A program made the translations under genes and the position numbers. From positions 302,039-366,038 of IMG/VR virus record IMGVR_UViG_3300020154_000003: a stretch of 64,000 bases of DNA; one strand, given 5' to 3'. Numbering within the stretch: the stretch's first letter is position 1; each line of letters begins with the position of its first letter. Below, one piece after another: positions 1-8,202 of the stretch. Below the pieces are notes generated by a model that saw only the letters and a list, made by a program, of their open reading frames with translations, did not search any database and was not told the DNA's origin.

Positions 1-79
1 TTTGTTCGTTACCTTCATTCCGAACATCATCGTAAATTCGTTTGATTATTGTGGTTAATTCATCCCACTCGTGTTTCAT
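1..79 (-). CDS. 5' fragment of a hypothetical protein running off the left edge
   Basis: ATG at 79 after an A/T-rich leader reads MKHEWDELTTIIKRIYDDVRNEGNEQ with no stop to the edge (my translation). Confidence 0.5.
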   Translation of the reverse strand, partial: MKHEWDELTTIIKRIYDDVRNEGNEQ

Positions 80-94
80 ATATTTTAAAAAGCA

Positions 95-120
95 AATGCT
101 TTGACGTTAATCAAAGCATT
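95..120 (-). terminator. Putative intrinsic terminator hairpin
   Basis: Perfect 10-bp stem AATGCTTTGA/TCAAAGCATT with 6-nt loop; T-run follows on the minus strand. Confidence 0.55.
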
Positions 121-158
121 AAAAGTACGTAAAATTCAAACAATAAACAAACTAAAAT

Positions 159-659
159 TTAGCCCCAATGTTTGTACTGTACATAATCATGTAGATACGG
201 AAATGTTTGTAAAAACATATCCAAAACTCCATTACGGAATTGCGGATTTGAGAAGGCTACCTGTTTAAAAGGTGTATTATACTTATTTCTACCAGTATAA
301 ACGTTCTCAAAGTGCTTGTACAATTCGATAACCTTTTCCTTTTCTGATTCACCAGAATCGAACCTAGGCATATTCACCCCTCCATTGCTTCTAAGTGCGT
401 TATTTTCTTGGGTCAAAAGAAGAATTTTATTCTCCATTTCTTCAACCTGCTGATTCAATGCATTTAGTTGTTGTTCTAACCATCTCGAAGCCTTGTCTTC
501 ATCTGCAACAGGAGAAATCATCTCTTCAGTTGCCACTTCTTGTTGATTTTCATCCGGTTCTTCCAAACCAGTACCTTTAAGAAGGTCATTAACCTTCTTT
601 TTCGCTTCCTTTATTTTTTCTTCGTCAACGGTGCTCACCGCAGATTTTTTTTTAGCCAT
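159..659 (-). CDS. Hypothetical protein with coiled-coil segment
   Basis: 166-aa ORF in a co-oriented run; heptad stretch LEQQLNALNQQVEEMENKILLL. Confidence 0.7.
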   Translation of the reverse strand: MAKKKSAVSTVDEEKIKEAKKKVNDLLKGTGLEEPDENQQEVATEEMISPVADEDKASRWLEQQLNALNQQVEEMENKILLLTQENNALRSNGGVNMPRFDSGESEKEKVIELYKHFENVYTGRNKYNTPFKQVAFSNPQFRNGVLDMFLQTFPYLHDYVQYKHWG

Positions 660-671
660 TGTAATTATAAT

Positions 672-2186
672 TTAAATAATATTATGTGAGAACTCAGCAA
701 CCAATCCGTTATCTTTCGCATATAGGAATGCTATTGCTGATTTCATACTCATATATCCTTTTCTGTTATGCCAATCATCAGTTCCACTCAGCGATGGCAA
801 TATTCTTACCGTAAAACCTTGAAATTCTTGTACATCCAAATATTTGGTTGTTTTTCGAGAGTGGAAGTGACCCAAATGCATTTGTCTACATTTTGTTTTA
901 GCCCACAGATCAGGTTTTTCAGTTGCCATGATCAATCCCAATTCTTGATGCTTCTCTTCATTACCGTGAGTAAATCCGATCAGGTTAATACCGTAAACAT
1001 GGTACTTTCTTTGTGTTGCATCATTATTGATTGTGACATTCGTAGACTTATGATAATAAGCTTGCAATACACATCCCAAATAGTACACTGTTTGATAATC
1101 ATGGTTACCACTAACCATCATTACTTTTACAGGCGCAATTGCAGATAATTTATTGATGTTTTCAATCAACAAATCCTTTGCTTTCTGAAACATTTGTTGC
1201 CATCTTGAGTCAACTCTTTGATCAGTACCTGCAGTAGTCTTATTCAACATGTTATCGATGTTGAATAAATCATTACCTACTGGAAGTAGTATTTCTTCGA
1301 TTTCATCTTTATAATGTGCAACGTGTGAAAGGAGTTTTTCAACAGATTCGTTGTATCGCTGAATAGCAATTTTTGTGTCGTAGTTTTCACCGCTTTCATC
1401 TTCCCAAGCCAATTTACCAATATGAAGATCAGGGAGTGAAAGTTCCAACATATACTTCTTTCCTTGTGCAGAATGAGGTTTAGTCAGATATGAAAGGTCG
1501 GGAGCATTATCACGAATGTTAACCAAGAAATTTTCCCACACTCGTTGTTCTTCTTGGGTGCGAATTCTTGATAAGAATAATTTAACTTGGAAGTTCTGGA
1601 AAGTTGCGGGGTCAGTAGTTGTTTGAACTGGTTTACCGTTTTCATCGTACTCAGTCTTTTTCAACTTCATGGTAACATCCCATTTGTTGGCAATTTCTTT
1701 GTCGATTTTCCAAACATTAAGATCAATATCTGCTGCCTTAACTAATTGTTCAGCAGTCTTGATAATCTCATTACCTCTATAATCAACTTCTATCGTATTA
1801 TCGGTTTTTGTTTGATGTGTTTGTTCTTTTTCGATGATTGTTTCGCCACCAAGTAAACCGTCATCACCACTCTCTTCAAGAATCTCTTTCTTGAGATCAT
1901 CAAATTGATTTGATATAAATGAGTTGTATTTTTTTATGAATTTGTCGTATATTTCTTTTTCTTCAGGAGTTGTTGGAGTTGATCCTCTTAAAGTTCTAAG
2001 AAATCTTTCTGGTCTTTTATAGAATATACAAGCTTGGGTTAGTGTGGTGTCATTTAATGCTGCGTGATCTATGATTTTGATGCCTGCAAGTAATCTAATT
2101 ATAAGCGTTTCTAACATTCGTTTCTTTGTTGAATAAGATAATTTTCTCTCGTTCGTAAATAAAAATAGTATTTTATTACCAAACAA
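672..2186 (-). CDS. Calcineurin-like metallophosphoesterase with N-terminal extension
   Basis: Motifs PDLHIG, GNDLF, SGNHD, FTHG, HLGHFH; track start is TTG, true start may be ATG at 2117. Confidence 0.85.
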   Translation of the reverse strand: MFGNKILFLFTNERKLSYSTKKRMLETLIIRLLAGIKIIDHAALNDTTLTQACIFYKRPERFLRTLRGSTPTTPEEKEIYDKFIKKYNSFISNQFDDLKKEILEESGDDGLLGGETIIEKEQTHQTKTDNTIEVDYRGNEIIKTAEQLVKAADIDLNVWKIDKEIANKWDVTMKLKKTEYDENGKPVQTTTDPATFQNFQVKLFLSRIRTQEEQRVWENFLVNIRDNAPDLSYLTKPHSAQGKKYMLELSLPDLHIGKLAWEDESGENYDTKIAIQRYNESVEKLLSHVAHYKDEIEEILLPVGNDLFNIDNMLNKTTAGTDQRVDSRWQQMFQKAKDLLIENINKLSAIAPVKVMMVSGNHDYQTVYYLGCVLQAYYHKSTNVTINNDATQRKYHVYGINLIGFTHGNEEKHQELGLIMATEKPDLWAKTKCRQMHLGHFHSRKTTKYLDVQEFQGFTVRILPSLSGTDDWHNRKGYMSMKSAIAFLYAKDNGLVAEFSHNII

Positions 2187-2189
2187 GCA

Positions 2190-2498
2190 TTATTTGAAAT
2201 ATGTATTATTTTCTTTTAAAAACTTAAATGTTTCCTCATACTTTTTACAAAGTTCAAGAAATCCAATTTCCTCTTCCAATGAAAAAGAAAACCATTCGCC
2301 AGTTTTTTTGAACGGGCTATAATAATTCTTTAAAGTTGTTTCGAGAAGATGTGGGTTTTCGCTTTCAAAGACATGTATGATACTAATGTTCTCTGCATTG
2401 CCAGTCTGATGCTGCTTACGCCTCTTGTGAGGATTTTTGCTCACTCCTATCTTATAGCATCCACTTTCATCGGATTGCATTAAATACACATATTTCAA
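2190..2498 (-). CDS. GIY-YIG nuclease, T5orf172-like single domain
   Basis: YVYLM...YKIGVSKNPHKRRKQHQTGN...LETTL...GEWF. Confidence 0.85.
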   Translation of the reverse strand: MKYVYLMQSDESGCYKIGVSKNPHKRRKQHQTGNAENISIIHVFESENPHLLETTLKNYYSPFKKTGEWFSFSLEEEIGFLELCKKYEETFKFLKENNTYFK

Positions 2499-2533
2499 AT
2501 TTTAGGTATGTTACAAAAGCAATAATAGTTAAA

Positions 2534-3148
2534 CTATTTAACAATTCCAAGCACCTTTAATCCTGAAAATCCTACCACATACGCATCAGACATATCATAG
2601 CTGGTCTCTTTCACCGCGCCACTCTTCTTATACATCCACTTAATTTGAGGCTCCATTTTCGAGACTTTATGCCATAGGTAAACCTTCTTATCCACGTCCT
2701 TCGGGAAGCTTAACGTTTCCTTAACTTTGCCCTTAACTTTCTTAACTTTAACTAATTCAGGACAGAATAACTTTCTTGAATTATACACAGAAATCAGGTA
2801 AGGTGGTACTCCAAAAATTTCTTTAAGAATATAACAAGCAATCCCATTGAAAGCCAGTAATTTAGCTGTAGTTTCAATATTAACGGGAGTGTTCATCAAA
2901 GGTGCCTCCACAAAAATATTCTTTATGGTGCAGTTATATTCCTTTTCTACTCGCTCTCTAAATAAGTGTACATATTGTTTAAATATGTCAGCCTTATCCA
3001 AATACCTAACTTCTTCAGGTACATTTTTATTCGTTTCCAACTTTAAATGCCTCAATTCCACGAGTTTACCCCGCTCATCCCATAATGCCATACCGACATT
3101 AGTTGTTGAGATGTCCAACGACCATGAATATTCTAACTCAGTACCCAT
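2534..3148 (-). CDS. RuvC-like Holliday junction resolvase
   Basis: SLDISTTNVG (D), FVEAP (E), DMSDAYVVG (D-x2-D) RNase H-fold acidic set. Confidence 0.75.
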   Translation of the reverse strand: MGTELEYSWSLDISTTNVGMALWDERGKLVELRHLKLETNKNVPEEVRYLDKADIFKQYVHLFRERVEKEYNCTIKNIFVEAPLMNTPVNIETTAKLLAFNGIACYILKEIFGVPPYLISVYNSRKLFCPELVKVKKVKGKVKETLSFPKDVDKKVYLWHKVSKMEPQIKWMYKKSGAVKETSYDMSDAYVVGFSGLKVLGIVK

Positions 3149-3154
3149 CCTTAA

Positions 3155-3358
3155 TTAATTACCGTTTAGCTTATCAATTTGCTTCTGCAACTCTTTAGGG
3201 TCGCTTAGGTAAAGCTTAATTAAGTCTTCGATCACGCCACCAATTTTTCTTTTGCTGCCCATACAATACTTTTTCATTCTCGCATGGAGTGCGCCATCAA
3301 TAATTACTGACTTAGATTTTTGATCGTCTTTCAGTGTGTTTTTTACTAATTCTTCCAT
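3155..3358 (-). CDS. Small ribbon-helix-helix DNA-binding protein
   Basis: KSVIIDGALHARMKKYC...IGGVIEDLIKLYL strand-helix-helix pattern. Confidence 0.6.
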   Translation of the reverse strand: MEELVKNTLKDDQKSKSVIIDGALHARMKKYCMGSKRKIGGVIEDLIKLYLSDPKELQKQIDKLNGN

Positions 3359-3441
3359 TTTTCATATTTATTACAATCAGATGATTTTATAATAAATACT
3401 AAAAATTTAGAAAAAAGAATAAAAATTTATAAGATTTTCTC

Positions 3442-4224
3442 TTAAAAATCCAAACTAAATTGGACTGTTCTAAATATTGTTGAATCCTTCGCAATAGGGT
3501 TGTTTAACTTACCCACAGCAACAAGATTATTATTATCGTCAAACACACCCACTTCACTGATTTGTACGGGGCTTGTGCTATCCCAAGTTGGGTTTGTTGT
3601 TGAATTATATTGATTCAAAGGCAATACAATTGAAATATCTGTTGTGTAAGCAATCGCTTGAATTTCACTCCTAACATTACCAAAGAAGAAAGCTTCTTCT
3701 CCAAATGCTAATTTATTTGTATCGCCACTCAGGGCACTTGGATAATTTAAATAATCTAACGTATAGGTCTCAGCATCATTGATCTCTTGAACGCCAATAG
3801 TTACTATGGTAGCAGAATTAAATGCAGCCTTAGGTATAGTTGTGCCTGAAAAAGATTCATAACCATCTAATTGATTGGTCAAATCAAGAATTTTCCATCC
3901 ATCCACATCAGGAGTGACCGTTGATCCAGTACCATCTACAATTTGAGCAACGCCAAAGAATTTAGTAGCTGACCAACCTTCACCCGTTTGTCCTGAAGCA
4001 ATGTCTAAGGTATTTTTCATAAATGGGAAGAGAGACCCATCAGGAACAATAATGCTCAACGTCTTATTCACCAAAGAATTCGTTTCCAATTTCTCAATGT
4101 AATTACAATGAATACTAGGCGAATAACCATAAGATTTTCCTAATTCATATGCATTGGCAGTACCGCCAGTAACTGAGTTATCTCCTAGTAAGTATGTAAA
4201 AAATATTGTTTTACCTAAACTCAT
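3442..4224 (-). CDS. Tail/baseplate structural protein
   Basis: C-terminal ISEVGVFDDNNNLVAVGKL motif typical of tail-collar/baseplate proteins; structural-gene context. Confidence 0.6.
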   Translation of the reverse strand: MSLGKTIFFTYLLGDNSVTGGTANAYELGKSYGYSPSIHCNYIEKLETNSLVNKTLSIIVPDGSLFPFMKNTLDIASGQTGEGWSATKFFGVAQIVDGTGSTVTPDVDGWKILDLTNQLDGYESFSGTTIPKAAFNSATIVTIGVQEINDAETYTLDYLNYPSALSGDTNKLAFGEEAFFFGNVRSEIQAIAYTTDISIVLPLNQYNSTTNPTWDSTSPVQISEVGVFDDNNNLVAVGKLNNPIAKDSTIFRTVQFSLDF

Positions 4225-4226
4225 AA

Positions 4227-5813
4227 TTATGAATTATTTACAAATGTAACTGAACCATCAGTCAAGGTTATTTCTACCGTATCAGTTAACGTATTGTTAG
4301 GTGCTGGTACAAAATTATCAGTAACAACAATTGTGTATGTTCCAGTACCCAAATTACTGAAGACATTTGATGCTTGACTAACGCCACCATTAATCGAATA
4401 AACTGGTTCAACAGCATTGCTAACGAATACAGTGATTTTACCATCGCTGACGCTAGATGATGTTGGATTGTTAATAACAAATGACATGTTAAACATATTG
4501 TTAACTGGCTCACAAGCAGATAAGTTGAAGCCAATCGTGGCTCTAGGTAGTGTCCAGTTTCTATTCGATTTATATGTCATGGCGAATAACAATTCCTGAT
4601 CTTCGATAACAAAAATCTTAAGATCATTGAAAACTTTCCCAACTACGTTTCCAAATCTGTCAACCAGATCATGATACGTTGCAGTCAATCCGCTCAACAC
4701 TTTTGGTGTGCTGTCACAACTCAACTTCAAACCAATAGTCCCACCAGTTTCATAATGCCACATGATTGTTGGTAGTTCCAGCACCGGAGTATCTTCAAAA
4801 AGTCCTTCACCATAATGATTTGATGGAGATGCATTGGTGAAATGGATAATACCAATTTTTTTTATCTCCGGGGTTAAACGTTCTATGTAACGAACAAACC
4901 CACCAAAGCTTTTAGTATAATATTGTGAATAATTTCTATCTGTCGATGCAACACCTGCAACTTCCTCAGTAAAAACAATCGCCATATTCCAAACTGGAAC
5001 ATCTCTAACTGGACATATACAGTTCTCCAAAAATGCAATCACACTTTCTTCAATGAAATCAGTTACATATGGTGCGCTATAATATGTTTGAATTGAATCA
5101 CCGCTAATTTCTCTATTGTTATTGTTTGGATACAAAAATGCTCCTGCAGCTATCGATCCTCCTTCACCATTGAAGTTAGGAAGTGGTTTATCAACAGTCA
5201 CAACTAAATTATCTGTGCTCAAAGCACCTGAAATCTTGTTTTCTATTTTATACCAAATATAAGGTACAGCCTCACTCACTGTCGGACTGACAGTTCCACC
5301 GCTTATCAATGGATTTGACCATTTTACAAGTAAATAATCACCAATTACAGGTTCTGTAATATTTGCCAAATAAGTTGGTGATTTTCTGATGGTTAACGTG
5401 GTTCCACCTGCTACTGTTGCAATGTTTATCTGCATGTCAGCCTGTTTCATTGTGAATGAATCGGTCAACAGCGTTGCGGATGTGCCAGTTATTGAGAAGA
5501 ATCCACGTTCAGTAGCACTATTTGTTAAAATATTAGTGTTCGAAACAACGGTAGGTAGTGCAGTATATATTGTTTCCTCATCATCGCTATTCTGTAGAAT
5601 ATGCGAAATAAAAGTCGGATTATTGTCCTTTGGCCTGAGAATATTGGCCATAAACGCATCAAAACTGATGTCATTATTAAACCCATAGTCAATCTCACTA
5701 TCACCAACAGCCCACTTAGTCATGGTCAATTTACCTTGTGAAAGTAATTGTCTACCAACATTCGTTAATTTAATGTTAATTACCGTAGGGTTATTTTTTA
5801 GTATGAAAGACAT
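4227..5813 (-). CDS. Tail/baseplate structural protein with C-terminal Ig-like domain
   Basis: N-terminal KLTNVGRQLL...VGDSEIDY; C-terminal YSINGG...GTYTIVVTD beta-sandwich pattern. Confidence 0.55.
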   Translation of the reverse strand: MSFILKNNPTVINIKLTNVGRQLLSQGKLTMTKWAVGDSEIDYGFNNDISFDAFMANILRPKDNNPTFISHILQNSDDEETIYTALPTVVSNTNILTNSATERGFFSITGTSATLLTDSFTMKQADMQINIATVAGGTTLTIRKSPTYLANITEPVIGDYLLVKWSNPLISGGTVSPTVSEAVPYIWYKIENKISGALSTDNLVVTVDKPLPNFNGEGGSIAAGAFLYPNNNNREISGDSIQTYYSAPYVTDFIEESVIAFLENCICPVRDVPVWNMAIVFTEEVAGVASTDRNYSQYYTKSFGGFVRYIERLTPEIKKIGIIHFTNASPSNHYGEGLFEDTPVLELPTIMWHYETGGTIGLKLSCDSTPKVLSGLTATYHDLVDRFGNVVGKVFNDLKIFVIEDQELLFAMTYKSNRNWTLPRATIGFNLSACEPVNNMFNMSFVINNPTSSSVSDGKITVFVSNAVEPVYSINGGVSQASNVFSNLGTGTYTIVVTDNFVPAPNNTLTDTVEITLTDGSVTFVNNS

Positions 5814-5832
5814 ATATTTTTTAAATAAATAC

Positions 5833-6774
5833 TTACTCCTTTAATTTTAACGCTGCGGCTGTTTCACATATTTCATTGACATAGAAGCTTGAGCAGTACA
5901 TGTTACTTACATACGACAAATCTTCATCGAATGGCGATTTTGCAATGAAATCACCTTTATAAAACATATGTGATCTATCATTTTCGGTAACACCTGCATT
6001 ATGATAGATATTATTACTTTCTAGTTCAGATACTGGCGAAGTTGCCCAACAAAACGACAATTCATCAATTATTTCCGTATCCAGACCCATCAACCAAATA
6101 TTCCACAACAATGCCCACATATCAGCAGTCCACGATTGTATTGGTGATTGAACTGCGTTCTTCTCAGAGGTTACCAACATTGTTTTATATAAAATGTTAC
6201 AATCTCGTTCCACTTTATTCCAGAAATCGTATGATAAATTAAAATTTGAAGTAAATAAGTACTGAGCACCACCGGACATTTCTTGGTTGTTGATTACATG
6301 TGTTGGATTGATTCCCACTACTCGACACATTTTTTCTAATAACCCTAAACCCTTTTCTCTAATATATGCTGCACCGATATACGACCTAGTATCGGACACG
6401 TATATTTTTCTTTTGTCAATATAATCTTTCAAGTTTGGTATTTTTGTAAATATTACATCGCAGTCCATATATAAAACTGCTTTATTTTGTAATATGTCTG
6501 CGTATTCTCCAGTATATAATTGTTTAATTATATGAGGTCTAAGACTAGGTAAATATAATCTTTGAGACAAGTCCCTCGTATCTGGGAGAAAAATTACTCT
6601 AGCATCAGTAGTTTCTTTAAACTCAATTGCTTTTTCATTTATCCCAATTTTAGGATTATAACCAAATAGTATAATAGTTTTATCTTCAATTCCAAATTTT
6701 TTGAAATTGTGCATTTGAACTTGTAGTTGCCAAACGTAGTAATCTGTATCTGGTTGAGCAGTTAAAAACTTCAT
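5833..6774 (-). CDS. GT-A glycosyltransferase resembling protein O-glycosyltransferases (HPAT GT95 / SERGT GT96)
   Basis: DxD motif YMDCDVIF; N-terminal YYVWQxxxxMHNFKK and C-terminal WTADMWA recall plant HPAT/SERGT motifs. Confidence 0.65.
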   Translation of the reverse strand: MKFLTAQPDTDYYVWQLQVQMHNFKKFGIEDKTIILFGYNPKIGINEKAIEFKETTDARVIFLPDTRDLSQRLYLPSLRPHIIKQLYTGEYADILQNKAVLYMDCDVIFTKIPNLKDYIDKRKIYVSDTRSYIGAAYIREKGLGLLEKMCRVVGINPTHVINNQEMSGGAQYLFTSNFNLSYDFWNKVERDCNILYKTMLVTSEKNAVQSPIQSWTADMWALLWNIWLMGLDTEIIDELSFCWATSPVSELESNNIYHNAGVTENDRSHMFYKGDFIAKSPFDEDLSYVSNMYCSSFYVNEICETAAALKLKE

Positions 6775-6788
6775 ATTCTATTGATTAA

Positions 6789-8201
6789 TTATACTGTAAG
6801 AGGCAGCTTAGAAGAAGACACACCAATACTTCCAGATAAAGTATCAAGTGATGCGTGATCCGAAATATTCCATGTAATTCCTCCATTATTAGAGTATAAA
6901 TACGATTTATTTAGAACTGTAGCACCAACAAATATTAACATACCTATGTGAGAGTCATCAGGGCTTTCAATTTGTGAGAATGAACTTCCAGCGGTGCCTG
7001 CTCCCAATATATCTTCAATAGGTTGTGTTATTGTCCAAGTTGCCCCATTATCAGTAGACCTACAAATATTTAATTTTGATGAACTTCCAATAGGTTTAGC
7101 TTGCAATACTAAAGTACCATCAGAAAGTACTACCAATCCAGTATAGTTCATACCTGCTGGCGATGTAGCTAACGTAGTCCATGTCAATCCACCATCGGTA
7201 GTATTAATTAAAACATCTGAAGTAGAACTACCGCCATTTGTTCTAATCATCCAACCAAATCCACTAGTATTTATTGAAAGTGAAGAGAAAGTCGATGATG
7301 GACTACCTAGACCAGTTGTCAAACTACCAGTAATATTTGTCCAAGTTACACCACCATTAACAGTTTTAATTAAACAAGACGTGAAAGGGCCGGGGTAATG
7401 ATACAAACCATATCCTATAGAAGCATTTGCGAAATGCCATTCTTGAACAGCCATAAGAAGACCCGGAAAAGTTACTACACTCCAACTATCCCCACCATTA
7501 GTTGATCGGTAGATATTATTACTCACCGTAGGGCCAGCCATCAATAAATTTTCTGTTACTGCGTATACGCTAATAATATTACTAACACCTGCAGGTTTAT
7601 TAGTCCAAGTAGTACCACCATCAGTAGTTTTCATAAACCCATCATACGTACTATTAATAACGTAACCAGTTAAATTACGGAATGATCCCCGATATGCTGA
7701 TGTAGTCATACCCGGAATTGTAATTTCGCTCCAATTAGCACCTCCATCAGCAGTTTTTAACATTTTTCCTCCAATTGTAGGCGAACCAAATCCTAACCAG
7801 TAATAAACTGGTGGTGGTAAGGTTGTTGTGGTCGTAGTGGTTGTCGTTGTTGTGGTCGTAGTTGTAGTTGTGGTGGTTGTTGGTGGTAAAATAATTGGAC
7901 ATGCAGTATAATCAATACCAACCGATTGAGTTTTTAATGTAGCTATTTGACCACTAGTGATGTCTGTAACCAATTCTAAAAATTCATCTCTTCTTGCATA
8001 GTATTCAGCATCAGTCATTAAACTAACATCACTTTCATTTATTGCTGGATATATATTAGTACTACCAGTAAACGCATTTTTCATATCAAATGAAAAATAT
8101 GTTGCGCCAGTAGTCGTTACTCCATACCAATCAGTGACACCAGTGATAACACTTTTTATCAGTACCGACCTTCTATATTCACCGTTTTGTATTATACTCA
8201 T
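6789..8201 (-). CDS. Virion protein with poly-Thr linker and 7-repeat Asp-box beta-propeller
   Basis: PP-T20-LPPP followed by seven (S/T)x(D/N)GGxxW-type repeats. Confidence 0.75.
   Translation of the reverse strand: MSIIQNGEYRRSVLIKSVITGVTDWYGVTTTGATYFSFDMKNAFTGSTNIYPAINESDVSLMTDAEYYARRDEFLELVTDITSGQIATLKTQSVGIDYTACPIILPPTTTTTTTTTTTTTTTTTTTTLPPPVYYWLGFGSPTIGGKMLKTADGGANWSEITIPGMTTSAYRGSFRNLTGYVINSTYDGFMKTTDGGTTWTNKPAGVSNIISVYAVTENLLMAGPTVSNNIYRSTNGGDSWSVVTFPGLLMAVQEWHFANASIGYGLYHYPGPFTSCLIKTVNGGVTWTNITGSLTTGLGSPSSTFSSLSINTSGFGWMIRTNGGSSTSDVLINTTDGGLTWTTLATSPAGMNYTGLVVLSDGTLVLQAKPIGSSSKLNICRSTDNGATWTITQPIEDILGAGTAGSSFSQIESPDDSHIGMLIFVGATVLNKSYLYSNNGGITWNISDHASLDTLSGSIGVSSSKLPLTV
7821..7880 (-). 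repeat. 20 consecutive Thr codons
   Basis: Plus strand is 20 NGT triplets = mixed ACC/ACA/ACG/ACT codons. Confidence 0.95.
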
Positions 8202-8202
8202 A

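Noticed and set aside
2190-2498. Mobile homing endonuclease
   Set aside because: Only 102 aa, no C-terminal DNA-binding module, tightly coupled in an operon, no flanking intron
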